A stretch of 63,009 bases of DNA, filler included, from Rhabdomonas costata (Eukaryota), in assembly GCA_019059605.1 (NCBI GenBank). It is 49 parts of 49 records of this genome, joined end to end, with 100 filler letters (N's around TTAATTAATTAA, not from the genome) between each part and the next. Parts side by side here need not be neighbours in the genome. Positions count along the whole stretch, not along the records: positions 36,078 to 37,265 come from JAHMHO010024372.1; positions 37,366 to 38,554 come from JAHMHO010024373.1; positions 38,655 to 39,841 come from JAHMHO010024374.1; positions 39,942 to 41,130 come from JAHMHO010024375.1; positions 41,231 to 42,419 come from JAHMHO010024376.1; positions 42,520 to 43,708 come from JAHMHO010024377.1; positions 43,809 to 44,987 come from JAHMHO010024378.1; positions 45,088 to 46,276 come from JAHMHO010024379.1; 41 more parts are not named here. One strand, 5' to 3'. The position numbers and the translations under genes are program-made. A model generated the notes under the pieces. The model was not told the origin of the DNA and made no database searches. It saw only the letters and a list, made by a program, of their open reading frames with translations. Within the stretch, counting starts at the first letter, position 1; each line of letters opens with the position of its first letter. Shown here one piece after another: positions 36,528-48,954 of this stretch.

Positions 36528-37070
36528 CAAAGACGAGATCACGTTATGAGAGAACTTCACGACGCCTTTAAGGGCTTAGAGCACCAAAACGTTGTGAAGA
36601 TTTTTGGGGTATGCTGTCGGTGCTGTGCAGATTTTTTTGATCTATTTTGTGCGGGCTCTTGTTGTTTTGATTTTCTTTGTTGCCATGACTATTGTAGATC
36701 TTTGTGCAGCAGGAACAAGTTCACTTGGTGATGGAATACATGAATTTTGGGCACCTTGGGGTTCTGGCATACCTTTTAAGTCGTCGTGATTTGATTCCTG
36801 CTGATTTTGAGGGAATTGTTCCTGAATGGCTGCTGTCTTGTCTCACCCGCCAGGTTTTTTTTGCTTCGGCTGCGTGTATTTTAGAGTCCTTTCCATGGAG
36901 TTGAATACTTTGCCGAATTTTAGCGCCCGCCCTCGGCACTGCGTTGATTTTTGCTGCTGCTATGAATTTCTTGTGTTGGACTGTTTGTAGATTTTGGCTG
37001 GGTTGCTATGTCTTCACAAGAAGAAGATCATTCACAAACACATCAATCCGACCAATTTGCTGCTCAACAG
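36528..37070 (+). CDS. MAP2K/STE7-like protein kinase domain, probably a pseudokinase (three exons)
   Basis: Exons 36528-36608, 36698-36853 and 36991-37070 give REL..HQNVVKIFG|IFVQQEQVHLVMEYMNFG..VPEWLLSCLTRQ|ILAGLLCLHKKKIIHKHINPTNLLLN. Confidence 0.8.
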
Positions 37071-37682
37071 GTGAATATTTTGTTAGCCCTGCTTCGTCAA
37101 AATGTAGCTCTGTGGATCCTGTGCTATTTTTGAACAAAACACTTGCTTTGTCATTTCTGTGAACTGGTTGATTGCCGACATGTCCAACTGTTGTCTTTTT
37201 AGGTGAAAAGCGGGATCTCACAGCAACCCGGGAGGGAGCGCAATGCAATGTTGCAATCAAAAAAANNNNNNNNNNNNNNNNNNNNNNNNNNNNNNNNNNN
37301 NNNNNNNNNTTAATTAATTAANNNNNNNNNNNNNNNNNNNNNNNNNNNNNNNNNNNNNNNNNNNNTGTGTTGGGGAAGGGAAGGGAAGGGAATTTCTTTT
37401 GGGTGGGACTTTGTCGTTTCTGAAGTGCTTTCTTTTGACATTCTGCCCTGCACTTCATTGGTGAACACTTGATTAACTGGCTTGGGTGTGTGTAATTCCG
37501 ATCCAATTCTCTGTGTTCAACTTGCAAAACGAAGATTAACGCACAAAAAGGAGCAAATGCCTATTGAGAATCCACTGAAACTAAATGCCCCTGGTGTGAC
37601 ATGGACTCATTTGTTTGTTTTGGCGGGCACCCTTCCCTAAAATTTCCCTGGACGTTCACGACCTTTTGAACCTGAACTTCAG

Positions 37683-38120
37683 GCACACCAAGAACGTCAG
37701 CGTGGACGTGGACGAAGAAGACGTGGAAGAAGTTCTTCTTGAAGAGAAGGCATTCAACAACTATTCCCTTTTCATTTTCGCACTTCTCATTTCTTATTAC
37801 ATTGCATTAGGTTCGTCATTATGTTCGTAATCGTTTTTAGGAGAAAGATGGTGAAGAGGAAGAAGACGAGCCCTCACCTGCGGAAATTGCCTTGAAGTTT
37901 GTCACTGATCTTCCTTCCGATGTGCGAAGGCGAGTTTTTGCGCTGCAAGGAATCCAGGTTACTTTCTTTTCTTTTCTTTTTCTTTTTATTCATTTGGTTT
38001 TTGTCGTGTCCACGACTCTTCTTTCAGAAAGACTTTGCAGAGGTGCACGCGAAGTACCTTGAGGAAATGCGCGAGCTGGAACGCCGCTTTGAGACTCTGT
38101 ACCAACCCCTTTTTGACCGA
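37683..38120 (+). CDS. NAP1: Nucleosome assembly protein (NAP1 family), three exons
   Basis: Exons 37683-37749 (GC donor), 37841-37957 and 38028-38120 give LPSDVRRRVFALQGIQ|KDFAEVHAKYLEEMRELERRFETLYQPLFDR. Confidence 0.9.
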
Positions 38121-38866
38121 GTATGCTTATGTTTCGCAGGTCAGAAAACTGTGAAAACAGACGGGCCAGAGGACGTTGAATGACATTGATTTTGTCATCG
38201 CATTCTCCTCCTTTTTGCACTTTTTGTGAAGCAATCCCTTTTTGACCCCAATTTGCACTTTCCCTTCCGGAGCTAATGATGCAAGCTCTTGTCCAACTGC
38301 CGGACAAAACATTGTGCACCTGTCCTCTTTCTTCGTCCTTCCGGTCGTCTTTGCGATTAGACCCCACGCAGCACTAAGCACACAGGCCCGCCTCCCCCCT
38401 TCCATCATTTGTTACCCTTATGATATCGGTGTTCCTCACCCTGTCTTCCGGGTACATTTGTTGCCTTTGCCCCCTTTGGAATCACCCCACATCCACGGCG
38501 CGTGTTCTCCGTTGTTCTCTCTAGTTTCCCTCTATGATCACTTGACCCCCACAANNNNNNNNNNNNNNNNNNNNNNNNNNNNNNNNNNNNNNNNNNNNTT
38601 AATTAATTAANNNNNNNNNNNNNNNNNNNNNNNNNNNNNNNNNNNNNNNNNNNNGTTGGTTTTTACCTGAAATATATCACATCGCTCCTCGGGGCTCTTT
38701 GGAGTTACAGGCATTTGCCAACAACGTGGCGCTGCCGCTTAAAAAAATCCGTGCGGCTTGAAATTGTAGCATGCGCATCCGATTGTCGGTCCTCTCTTGT
38801 GTTCACAAGGCGGTAGTTGACATCCAGCCATGGTGCACTACGGCTTGGCGACCATTCCCTTCATAG

Positions 38867-39788
38867 GTTGTGGCGGAAGCTGTGGGAGCTGCCTGGCCAA
38901 CCAGACGTGCTCCTCAGGGCAGTGCGTCGCGACGTGCACGCCAAAGTGCACCGGCAGCTGTGGGTCTGACGGCTGTGGAGGTGTGGGTGTGGGATCCTTT
39001 CTTCTAATGCGCATTTAATGGAATGTGAAAACTGTCCCAGGAACGTGCTTGCGCCAGGGCTAGGAACTCGGTTAGGGTGGTTCGGAGATCATTCTTGCTC
39101 GTTCGCACTCAACTGACCATTGCGAGCCCAACCCGAAAGTAGCTTCAGACGGCTTAAGGGCGCTGTATCCGCCATATGTTGTGAGACATTCGGGAATGTT
39201 ATTCACGAAAGTATGAGTCAAATGGTTGCGATGATTGTGATGATTGTCCCACACAGAGATGCTCCCCGTTTTTTTTGGCCTTGTTCGAATCACCCCAGGA
39301 TACGATGGGATATAACAGAGGATAGGTGCTGTATGTTGGCTCCTCTAGACCTCGATGCTGCAATAATTGCATGCACGGCCGCCGCTGTTGATAGACCGTT
39401 GCCCCCCCCCCTCCCGGTCTGATGATGTGGTTCAAATCATGTACTCCGTGGAAATTACATCAGCTTGCAAAGTGACATGCTCAACCCGGCACGCCGTCGG
39501 GTTCCGTGGTTAGCCAATGCAGAAGGCCCGAAGAGTGAAACGTTTTCCTATCTCTCTCTTTCTCTTTCTCTCCCTCCCTCGCAGCAGCACCTGGACGCCT
39601 CCTTTAGAGGAAACCAGGCAACCTCTTCAGCAAGTTTACCGTTATTCAAACTCTCTTTCAGGCTCTTGCGGAAGCTGCTCGGCTGGCTCCAGCTGTGTGA
39701 GCGGGCAGTGCGTGGCCAACCCCTTCCCTTTCAAGTCCGACTGCCCCTCGTGGACAAAGTACGGCTCTGCGCCCCCGACCACCTGCAG
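38867..39788 (+). CDS. Cys/Gly-rich repeat protein (CTPxC..CGxDGCGGSCGxC type), two exons
   Basis: Exons 38867-38980 and 39662-39788 splice in frame to GCGGSCGSCLANQTCSSGQCVATCTPKCTGSCGSDGCGG|SCGSCSAGSSCVSGQCV. Confidence 0.8.
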
Positions 39789-40620
39789 GTGTGGGGCTTC
39801 CCTTCCAATGCGTGAATGCGCTCCATCCCAACCCAAACACCNNNNNNNNNNNNNNNNNNNNNNNNNNNNNNNNNNNNNNNNNNNNTTAATTAATTAANNN
39901 NNNNNNNNNNNNNNNNNNNNNNNNNNNNNNNNNNNNNNNNNGGTGGTGTGGTGATTGCCCCAGGTCTCTGTCACATCGCCGACCTCCGCTGCGAAAATAA
40001 CTCCGTTGGGACGCATCATAGATAATATTTTTACTGGGATCCAGGGTCCCGTGTGCAGCCCCAAATCCCAGGCTGCCTTCGGAGTTAACGGCGAAGAGCG
40101 GCACACTTGGCAGAGGTACTTACTTGCACGACAAACACAACCAGAAACACTGTGGTAACAACGGGGGGAACAACGTTGGGAGGGGACAGGTGCCAGGCTC
40201 ACACCCCAGAAACTGATAATTTGAAATCGACGAGAAATTATAGGCTCTACCTTAAACTGAGACTATTTGCCACCTGGACAATACTGAGGTTCTCGGCCCA
40301 AACCTTACTTCACCACCGCGTTCCAAACAGCAGCTTCTGCCCCCCCCCCAAAAAAAAATCGGCTTACCTTTGGCGTGCAACCCTTGACCATTATCATGCA
40401 TTGTTGTGCGCCAAGCCAAGCCGAAAACTGGGAGTTGTGCACCTATGCACATTGACCCCCATCAAAGACCAGCGGCATAAATTTAGGGCAAAAGAGTTCA
40501 GATCGGGAATCACAATCTAATCTCTCAGTTTCGAATGGAGCTAACCAATTTAGGTACCCGGATGCCAAGCATAATGCAAACAAACAGCAATATACGGGTT
40601 GTTGGGAAAAGAAGAGACAC

Positions 40621-41089
40621 CGCTGGCTGTCCTTCCACGGAAGGAGCCTGGGGAGAGCATCCTGCGGCTGGACTTCCCCTTCTCCAGCCGGGCCGTCTTG
40701 GTAGCATTTTGCACCTTCTGCCCAGAGGCCTCCTTCAGCTTGCGGATGCAGTCCATATACCTCTGCAGAAAGGGGAATTCGGCGCCTTGCCCGGGCGTAC
40801 AGCAGAAGGGGAGGAGGAAAGAGTTTTACACCATGGTCAAATCGAAATGAATTTCTCTTTCACAGGAAGCACCCCCCGAGCTGGGGCAGCAAGGTTAGGA
40901 GTGTGGGGCATTGGAAACGTCATAAAAACGCGAGCCGACCAACCGACAGCACCCCTTCGCACACATTGGCACTCCTACTAGCGTCTTTAGCAAAGGAAGC
41001 GGCAGGGGGAGGCGCACCTTTATGGTGAAGAAGAATGAGCTGAGGTGCCCAACGCACGATCGCGAGAGGATCACAGGGTCATCCCGGTT
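40621..41089 (-). CDS. Unknown protein, two exons
   Basis: Exons 41089-41018 and 40762-40621 with GT-AG junctions in frame: NRDDPVILSRSCVGHLSSFFFTIK|RYMDCIRKLKEASG... Confidence 0.45.
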
Positions 41090-41641
41090 CTGCAAAGAAA
41101 TGGCACAAAAACACAAACACACGTAACACANNNNNNNNNNNNNNNNNNNNNNNNNNNNNNNNNNNNNNNNNNNNTTAATTAATTAANNNNNNNNNNNNNN
41201 NNNNNNNNNNNNNNNNNNNNNNNNNNNNNNGTGGTTGTGGTTCAAGAAATGAAATGAACGCTGCTTAGCGAGCAGCGAGTTCTTGCGTATTCTTTGCCGT
41301 GGCAGTGTCCGAGAAGATGCCCCAGGACTTGCTGTGAAGATGTCCCGATACCGTCTAGGACATCATACATTGTAAATCGATCAGTTCCTTCAACTTCACT
41401 TACACACATACACTTTTGATGACGGCCTCCTCACCATCATACGCACACGCATGCGCACAGGTACGTGGGACTCGACTGGGATAGCATTATTTGGCCGCTC
41501 CTTACCCTCGGCGCTTGGCGTATCGATTGTTCGATAACAAAAACGTTTACCTGTATGCTGGGATTTCAGTTCGAACTCGGACCACCAGCATACCCTCGTA
41601 TGCTCCCCCCTCCCCAGACTCCTTGGAACTTCTTATCACAG

Positions 41642-42080
41642 TGTCCGAGAAGATGCCCCAGGCCTGATCGCCCAGTGGCACTTCGATGACCTGTTGGACT
41701 CCCCCAACGCCTGGACCACCACCAGCGCCCAGAACCTCACGCTGTACCTCCTGGACAGCACCTCCACAGCGACCATTGGCTCGGCCTGTGACACGGCGGC
41801 GCGTCCGATGGGCTCTGCGGTGGCCCCAGCGATCCGCCACTCGGAGCTCCCCTTTGTGGTGATCAGCTACCTCCCCAACAGCACGGTGGAGATCCCTGTT
41901 CCGGTTGCCGTGAACCTGACAGGGATGCCATTGCATGGGCAGCTGTGGGTGTCTGGGGTCGGAGGTGGGGTGGTTCTCAGCGCAGGTGCTTCGCTCTCTG
42001 CGGGCAGCACTTTGCTGTACCGGAGCACGGCGGCGAACTTTGTGCAGGACACGATTGTGTTGACGTCGGAGGATGTGGAG
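41642..42080 (+). CDS. Exon of a large extracellular protein (contains a LamG/ConA-like GLIAQWHFDD motif)
   Basis: cacag acceptor and GT donor; long GC3-rich frame VREDAPGLIAQWHFDDLLDSPNAW...LTGMPLHGQLW. Confidence 0.65.
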
Positions 42081-42521
42081 GTTTGCCTTTTTGTAGTATC
42101 AAGTTTGGTTTTTTTTTCTTTCAGAAGTTTCGCTTTTTCCCGTTGTTTCTGGGCTTCCTACGGGTAATTAAGGATGATGAATTAGGAGAGTAGCCGTTTC
42201 TTTTGAGATACCCTTCCACCAAAGCTCATTCAGAGGAGCTGAGGACGGAGCGCTTTCTTTTTGATGTCGTCTTCTCAAAATTGCGATGTTGTGGTTTCTG
42301 TGAGTTGTTAGCTTCGTGAAAGTGTCCCTTGTGGATTGGTTTGCTTTGGAGTCGGACCTCATTTTCCGCTCCATACGTTTTGGTTGGTGCAGGGACGAGT
42401 GGAGCTGCACCAACCACAANNNNNNNNNNNNNNNNNNNNNNNNNNNNNNNNNNNNNNNNNNNNTTAATTAATTAANNNNNNNNNNNNNNNNNNNNNNNNN
42501 NNNNNNNNNNNNNNNNNNNGG

Positions 42522-42598
42522 GTGGGAGAAACGGGGGCTTTTTTCCTTGTTCGCACCTCTCTTGTCACTTATGCAGGAAACACCCCCGTTTCTCCCAC
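42522..42598. repeat. Perfect 16-bp inverted repeat at contig start
   Basis: gtgggagaaacggggg (42522-42537) ... cccccgtttctcccac (42583-42598). Confidence 0.85.
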
Positions 42599-43355
42599 TT
42601 CCAGGGTCTCGTGGTTACTGTTTCGTGCACCTATTCCTCTGCGTCCCTCTGCTACTTTTTTCCCCTTCCTCACCTGACATCAGCCAGCGCACTAACACGC
42701 TGTCCCCTGTGAAGATGTGAGTATCCACATCTGGTGATGCACTTTCGATTATACCTGAAATCCGCCCAACCCCCGGGAACTTGTTTCGTGTTAGGGTGTG
42801 TGTTTAATCTGAGTGTAATAATTTTTTTCGTATGTGTATAACCTCCAAGAAGCGATGTGAGCGGAACGAGAAAGTCATGTCTGCAATGCGACTGTGTGGG
42901 TTTGGTAATTTTTCAGCACTGGTGAAGTCATCCCGTGGATCCCATGTATCCCGTGGTCCCGCTGTACTATTGGCACCCCGTTTGTGCGGGCATGCCCTTT
43001 ACTTGTAGTGATTTTCTTCGATCCCGTGGATCCCGTGGATTGTTGTGAGTTGTGAGGCTATTGTTAGGGTTAGGTTGGGGTGACCTTGTATTTTGGGTTC
43101 AGGGGTGTTTCACCCCCCACACCCCCCACACAGAGGATCCGCATTTTCGAGACAAAACATGCGTGAATTTTTCACGGTGAATATTTCCAAAATATGAAAA
43201 TACGGAAACTCAAGGAACTGTCCGAAAAATACAATCAAAAATTCGGAGGGAGGGGATACGAAATTTTAGCACCCTCCTTCAGCAAGACACGTGCACGTTG
43301 ATGTGTTGGTTGCCGCAGAGCGCTTTGTGAGGAGAAGGGGGACCAGGTCAACGTA

Positions 43356-43532
43356 ATGTGGCTGCCCAAAACGCGTCACGGGGGCTTCCTGCACTCCTCC
43401 GCCGCGACGAAAGCGATTATTCACGCCATCGTGGACGGCCCCGAGGCACTTCCGAGCGAGGAGGTGCCCTCGAACACGCAAGAGTCCAAGGACTCCGTCA
43501 TCGCCTCGATCGCCTCGAAGCCTTTCTCTCGG
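43356..43532 (+). CDS. Probable first coding exon of an unknown protein
   Basis: ATG start and GC-rich frame MWLPKTRHGGFLHSSAATKAIIHAIVDG..., ending at CGG|GTATTG. Confidence 0.4.
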
Positions 43533-45087
43533 GTATTGCTGCAGCTTTGCGCCTTTTTCCCGTCTCTGTCATTAACGCAAGCATGAAGGAGACACTAGGT
43601 GCCAAGATGGAGCAAAGAAAGTCAACGACCAATAGTTTATATATGGCAATGATGAGACAATCTTTAGCCACCTCCTGTGACCCTCAATACATAAACACAC
43701 CGAACACANNNNNNNNNNNNNNNNNNNNNNNNNNNNNNNNNNNNNNNNNNNNTTAATTAATTAANNNNNNNNNNNNNNNNNNNNNNNNNNNNNNNNNNNN
43801 NNNNNNNNGGTTTTTTTTCCCAATTCCAAACACCCTTAGCGGGGATTTCGACATATGACCGACAAAACGAAGCAATGGTGACGTCATCTGCAACCTCCTC
43901 GGCCGTGGTGCCCCTTGGCGGCTCTTTCGTAACCCTTTTGCGCCGCTTCTTGCCCCACGCAGCGGAGGCTCGGCAACTGGCTCGTGGCCGCCTGCAGCTC
44001 ACAAATTCGGAAACAAATTTCACCTCTTTTTTAACGGTTCGACTTTTACGGTTTTCCCAATAACAACTGCGTTTTCAGCAAAAGAAAAAAATCCGGATCA
44101 GCCCAGGATTAGGCCCGCGCGGCAGTTGGTGCGGGCGGCTTGAAGTACCAGAGCTGTGACTGGCGTAAATGTAGCTCACAAACCAGCCTCAGCTGACGTG
44201 GGCCTGATACCGGTCAGCATCGACTGAGTGAGTTTGGTGGGTACCAGGAGGCCGAGAGCCAATCGGGGGAATAGGAGGCAGGTGGGTTTTTGTACATTTT
44301 TTTGTACGTTGCGGGTGCCGTCGAAAAGCCCGCCGCTGCGCTAGAGAAAGATGCGGCGCAACATTCAAGAAAAAGCAAGGGGCACATGTTCCGGGAGGTC
44401 CACTGTACATACCCTAGGCCTGCTTCGGCTTCGCCCTCATACTACAGGGTTATCAGCCCAGAATACAACAACATGCAGAAAAATGTGCAAAATTACACTT
44501 TTCCCGAGGGGAAACATGACAAAGTTAGACGACACACAAAAAGCACGCTTAACACCGTAAAACCACAACTAACCCTTGTTCTTTAAATTTGAGTTGTTTC
44601 CCTTCGGGACCTCATTCTCCTTGTGCGTGCTCGACAACGACCTGCTGCTTCTGGGCGGAAGACCTTCTTCCGTGCACACTCAACAATGGACGTATTGGGG
44701 GTCGACTTGGACGGTGAGAACTTCCCATTCGTCCTTGACCTGCTGACCGTATCTTCCGTAGAGTGGGCTCACGCTGTGCACTATGCCCTCCGCCTTCGAC
44801 AGCGGCGCAGGCCGCCAGCACAACATGCCTGGCATTGAGAATAGGACCGATCGCGTCCTCGCCACCTGTAAGGGCGAACTCCTCAGCGGCGGGGCGGATC
44901 CGTTCCATGCTCGCCGAAAATGTGTGGACTCAACACCAACGACATCGATCTGAGTCCACCATATACCCCCCCCCCAACTGCTTCCACNNNNNNNNNNNNN
45001 NNNNNNNNNNNNNNNNNNNNNNNNNNNNNNNTTAATTAATTAANNNNNNNNNNNNNNNNNNNNNNNNNNNNNNNNNNNNNNNNNNNN

Positions 45088-46276
45088 GGGTACCCTGGGC
45101 TGGTGGTGGCCTTACGCATTCTCATTTCGGGGTCTCAGGGGGTTGGAATTTCGGGTGTCGGTCTTTAGGGTTTCTGTTTTTGGGGCTGGGTTCGTGTCGT
45201 GGGATGTATTCTGGGGCCGCCTCTCTACGTTGTGATGCTATCCGGTGGTCAGGGGTTCGTGGTGCTCTGGGTGCGGGCCTTCATTCGTACGGTGGGTTTC
45301 TTCAGGTGGTCAGGGGTTCATGACGTTGGGTTGCTGCGTTGGGTTCTTGCGTTGGATGGTACTGGTTCGTGAGGGCATGCAAGCACCTTAGGGTGGTGGA
45401 ATGCCCGAACAACGCATTGAGGGAGCATGGGACGCAAGGACCATGCGACCAGCAAGAACCCCTCAAGGCCTTCACCCTTCCACCTCACTCCCCGCCACAA
45501 GGCGGTACGTTCGGTCCTTCTACGTTTACTACACCTGTCACTTCCCTCCACTCCCCGGCATAAGCCGGTACGTGTCGGTCCGTCCGGGCGAAGCCACGCA
45601 GGAACTCCTCCCTTGGGTTGAAGTGTTGAGGTTACCACTGGGGTATTGGCTGTACTCCTTCCTTCGCGTTAGAACGAGGGTTGAAGCATTGGCCAACACC
45701 AACACCACCAGGAATGCCATGATCCCTTCGCCTCCAACACACTACGGATTGACAGGGTTGTTATGCCCATACCGATAGCGTGAGGGTGACTATGGTACCA
45801 CGACACCCACTGTGACCCAACCATTGCATCGGCATCGGACATACAACAGGACATGCCCTTACCTTACAACGGTGTGACCACTGGGGGTTGTGGCTGGCTT
45901 CCATGACATGGGAACGTAACCCCATCGTAACCCTTGGGCTGATGGATGTAACGCCCTTGATGCCAAGACATGATGAGAGGGTAAGGGCACAACTCCTACC
46001 CAACGCATCATGGACATGTCCACACCCCACCATTGGTCTTGTCAGGTTGTTACGCCTTTGCCAATGATGCGATGCTGGACATACCGTTGTGCCTCGACAC
46101 CACCATCCTGATCCATGTTACGTACCGGAGTGTAACCCCAAGCACAGCACACTTCCCAAGGGATGCTGACGGCAAGGACACATCAAGCGTACCAACTAGG
46201 GCTTACACCACTGTTACGTAGGTGCCTAGCAGATAAGCCGACGGTGAGGTAACAGGAATGCTACCCGTCCAGCCCC
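45088..46276. other. Compositionally distinct contig: G/T-skewed region plus cassette region (candidate minicircle-like or organellar chromosome fragment)
   Basis: G/T-rich 45088-45360; motif gccttcattcgtac at 45277; GGTTGTTAYGCC at 45756 and 46045; almost no A/T homopolymers; no recognisable spliced exons. Confidence 0.45.
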
Positions 46277-46472
46277 NNNNNNNNNNNNNNNNNNNNNNNN
46301 NNNNNNNNNNNNNNNNNNNNTTAATTAATTAANNNNNNNNNNNNNNNNNNNNNNNNNNNNNNNNNNNNNNNNNNNNTGGTTGTTTGCTTGAAACTGTTAG
46401 TTCAATCCCCGATAAGTGTAATTTAAAACTCGTCTTGGTGTCGTACGTTTTTCTGTTGATGCAGTGGTGTAG

Positions 46473-46935
46473 CAGGCGATGCAGCAGGTGCTGTCGAACC
46501 CGCAAATGATGCAACAGGTCCGTTGCTCCCGCGCGATTGCGTAAGCACATCTTTTTTTTCGGGACCTTGCTTTCTGCCTTTCAATTTGAGCCCTCTCTGG
46601 GCCCCAAACCCAAAACTCAAGTGTGTGCTGGTTGGGAGGGACCCGCAACTTCCAGCTGCAAATAACAGCCGGGGTTTCTGATTGATCTTTTGGAACTTAT
46701 TCCCTCTCTTTCTGCCGAAATGCTGAAGTGTGCGTCTGCGCACTGTCACTGAAGCAGCGGTTCTGTTGTTCCCTCGGGGGCATGTCCTTCGGGGTTTTTT
46801 CGCACTCTCCATCGAATGGGTTTCCTTTTCCTTCAGATGATGCAGAACCCGATGGTGCAGCAGATGCTGGCGCAGAATCCCATGTTTGCTGACCCTCAGA
46901 TGCGGCAGATGATGACCAACCCTGCTACTCTGCAG
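46473..46935 (+). CDS. Ubiquilin/DSK2-like protein, STI1 repeats (two exons)
   Basis: Exons about 46473-46517 and 46837-46935 give AMQQVLSNPQMMQQ|MMQNPMVQQMLAQNPMFADPQMRQMMTNPATLQ. Confidence 0.8.
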
Positions 46936-47029
46936 GTTAGTCGGTGGGATGGACCAGCATAAACAAATTGTTGCTGTTTTTTCTCTTATCAAAGCCCATG
47001 CCCGATGTAAAGCTAGTGCAAAAACAAAA

Positions 47030-47565
47030 GGTCTTTCCAAGCCTTTGTAAAGGCAGGAAGGGAAAAAAACACTCCGAAACGGCCCTTAAATGCCCCCTAG
47101 GGTGGCTCAAAACCGAAGCGATCCGGCGCTCTGCCCTTAGGTATGCTTCCCTTAGGTATCCTTAGGTATGCTAAGCAGGCCCGGCCGAAAGCTTAGGCTC
47201 AGTTTGCAGGTAAAGGTCAGAAAGTGCATCCCAGGCCCTTAAAAGGGCCTCATCTGAGTCGAAAATGCCCTTAAAAGGGCTAAAATGACCTTGAAGGGGC
47301 CATATTCGGCGTAGAGCAAGAGCCACCATACCACTAAATATGAGCCCCAACCCGTCACTCTAGACCGAGTTCTGAGGTCAATGTTAGGTCTCCTGTCCTG
47401 TCCTGTCCTGTCCGGTCTGGGAATGACCATGGGATGTCACCCAGCGAATAGCGCGAGGTTTTGGGCCGAAGTAATTGGTCCCCCATTTCCGATGAGGCCC
47501 CCGACGATTGGTGAGGTTCCCGAGGTCGGCTGAAGACGCTAGGCCCTCCTGGTAGAACCCCCACC
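47030..47565 (+). mobile_element. Interspersed intronic repeat, copy 2
   Basis: Collinear with 25305-25635; contains internal duplications (ccttaggtat x3, cctgt x4). Confidence 0.7.
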
Positions 47566-48426
47566 NNNNNNNNNNNNNNNNNNNNNNNNNNNNNNNNNNN
47601 NNNNNNNNNTTAATTAATTAANNNNNNNNNNNNNNNNNNNNNNNNNNNNNNNNNNNNNNNNNNNNGTTTGTTGGTATGTACTTCTTGGTATAGAGTCTCC
47701 GGGCACCCATGTCTCTTACTTTGGTTTTCTCACTGAATGCGATGCTTCTGAAGTGGGGCTTTCTGTCGAGATTTCGATTGCGCGTATGATTCCCTGCACA
47801 GTGATCTCGTTTGTTTTCTTGTTGACCGCTTTTTTTTGATATCTTTTGTATCATTGTATCTCATTGTGCCTTGTCGTCTGCCCTTCTCCGTCACTGGGCT
47901 ATAAAGTCAATGAGGTACCGCTGTGTGCTTCCTGTTGCGTGCGATACTTACGACCGCTCTTGCGTAGTGCGTCTGCCGCCAGGTCGCACTGCTTTCATTT
48001 TTGGGGCTTGAGATTTTCTCTCTAGCTATGGCGAACTCTTTTAGGAAAGTGTCATTCCAAAACAACGCCAATGCATCGGAAAAAACAAAACCCTGGATCG
48101 AGATTCATCAGAGAGATAGAGACAGAGCGCAAAGAGCCGGGGCCTGATGAAACCATGAAGCCGTGTGTGAGTGAGTGAGTGTGCTCGCGTTGGAGGGGTT
48201 TGTTGGCCCTGCGCAGCTGGCACATACATGGCATTGGGTCCCTCTCGTTTATTTGTGGATCATCGTTGTAAGTCAGTGCGCTTTGAATAGTTTGCAATGG
48301 CACGCTACATAGTAAATCGAAAGTTGTATCACATTGACGCATTCGTGAAGGAATTGCGCATGCCGCCACAGCCCGGCGGCATAAATACAAGCAAAATTAC
48401 TTCAGTATGATGGTGTGCGTGCACAG

Positions 48427-48535
48427 AGTGTATGATGCCACCACGGGGAAGGAGATTGCTCTGCCCCACGGGCTCTCCGCTCAGCTTACCATGGAGGAGT
48501 TGCGCGGGCTGGTTTGCACCGCGCTGAGAGTGGAG
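48427..48535 (+). CDS. Internal exon, possibly ubiquitin-like fold
   Basis: cacag acceptor, GTACGC donor; reads VYDATTGKEIALPHGLSAQLTMEELRGLVCTALRVE. Confidence 0.5.
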
Positions 48536-48954
48536 GTACGCCCATGCCCATACACCACCGCCGCCGACTTTCTCCCTGTATGTTGCGCTAACCGTGCACG
48601 TGCTTGCGGGCCAAAAACGCTGCTCGAAAAGGATTCCCGCCGTGCAGTCGAGGTGCGACCGGTACCCCGAGAAGTAGCAGGAAGCGGGGAAAATTCCGAA
48701 AATCTCCGCACCTACAAGTTCCGTTTCATGTTTTCATTTGTGCCAGGTTGAATTCCCCCTCTTTTCTTCTCTCTGTTTCAAAGCAATACCTCGTGCATGC
48801 AGTGCACGTGTGGACTGCAGTAGACGCGTCGGGGCTGACGTGCACACCACCCCCNNNNNNNNNNNNNNNNNNNNNNNNNNNNNNNNNNNNNNNNNNNNTT
48901 AATTAATTAANNNNNNNNNNNNNNNNNNNNNNNNNNNNNNNNNNNNNNNNNNNN

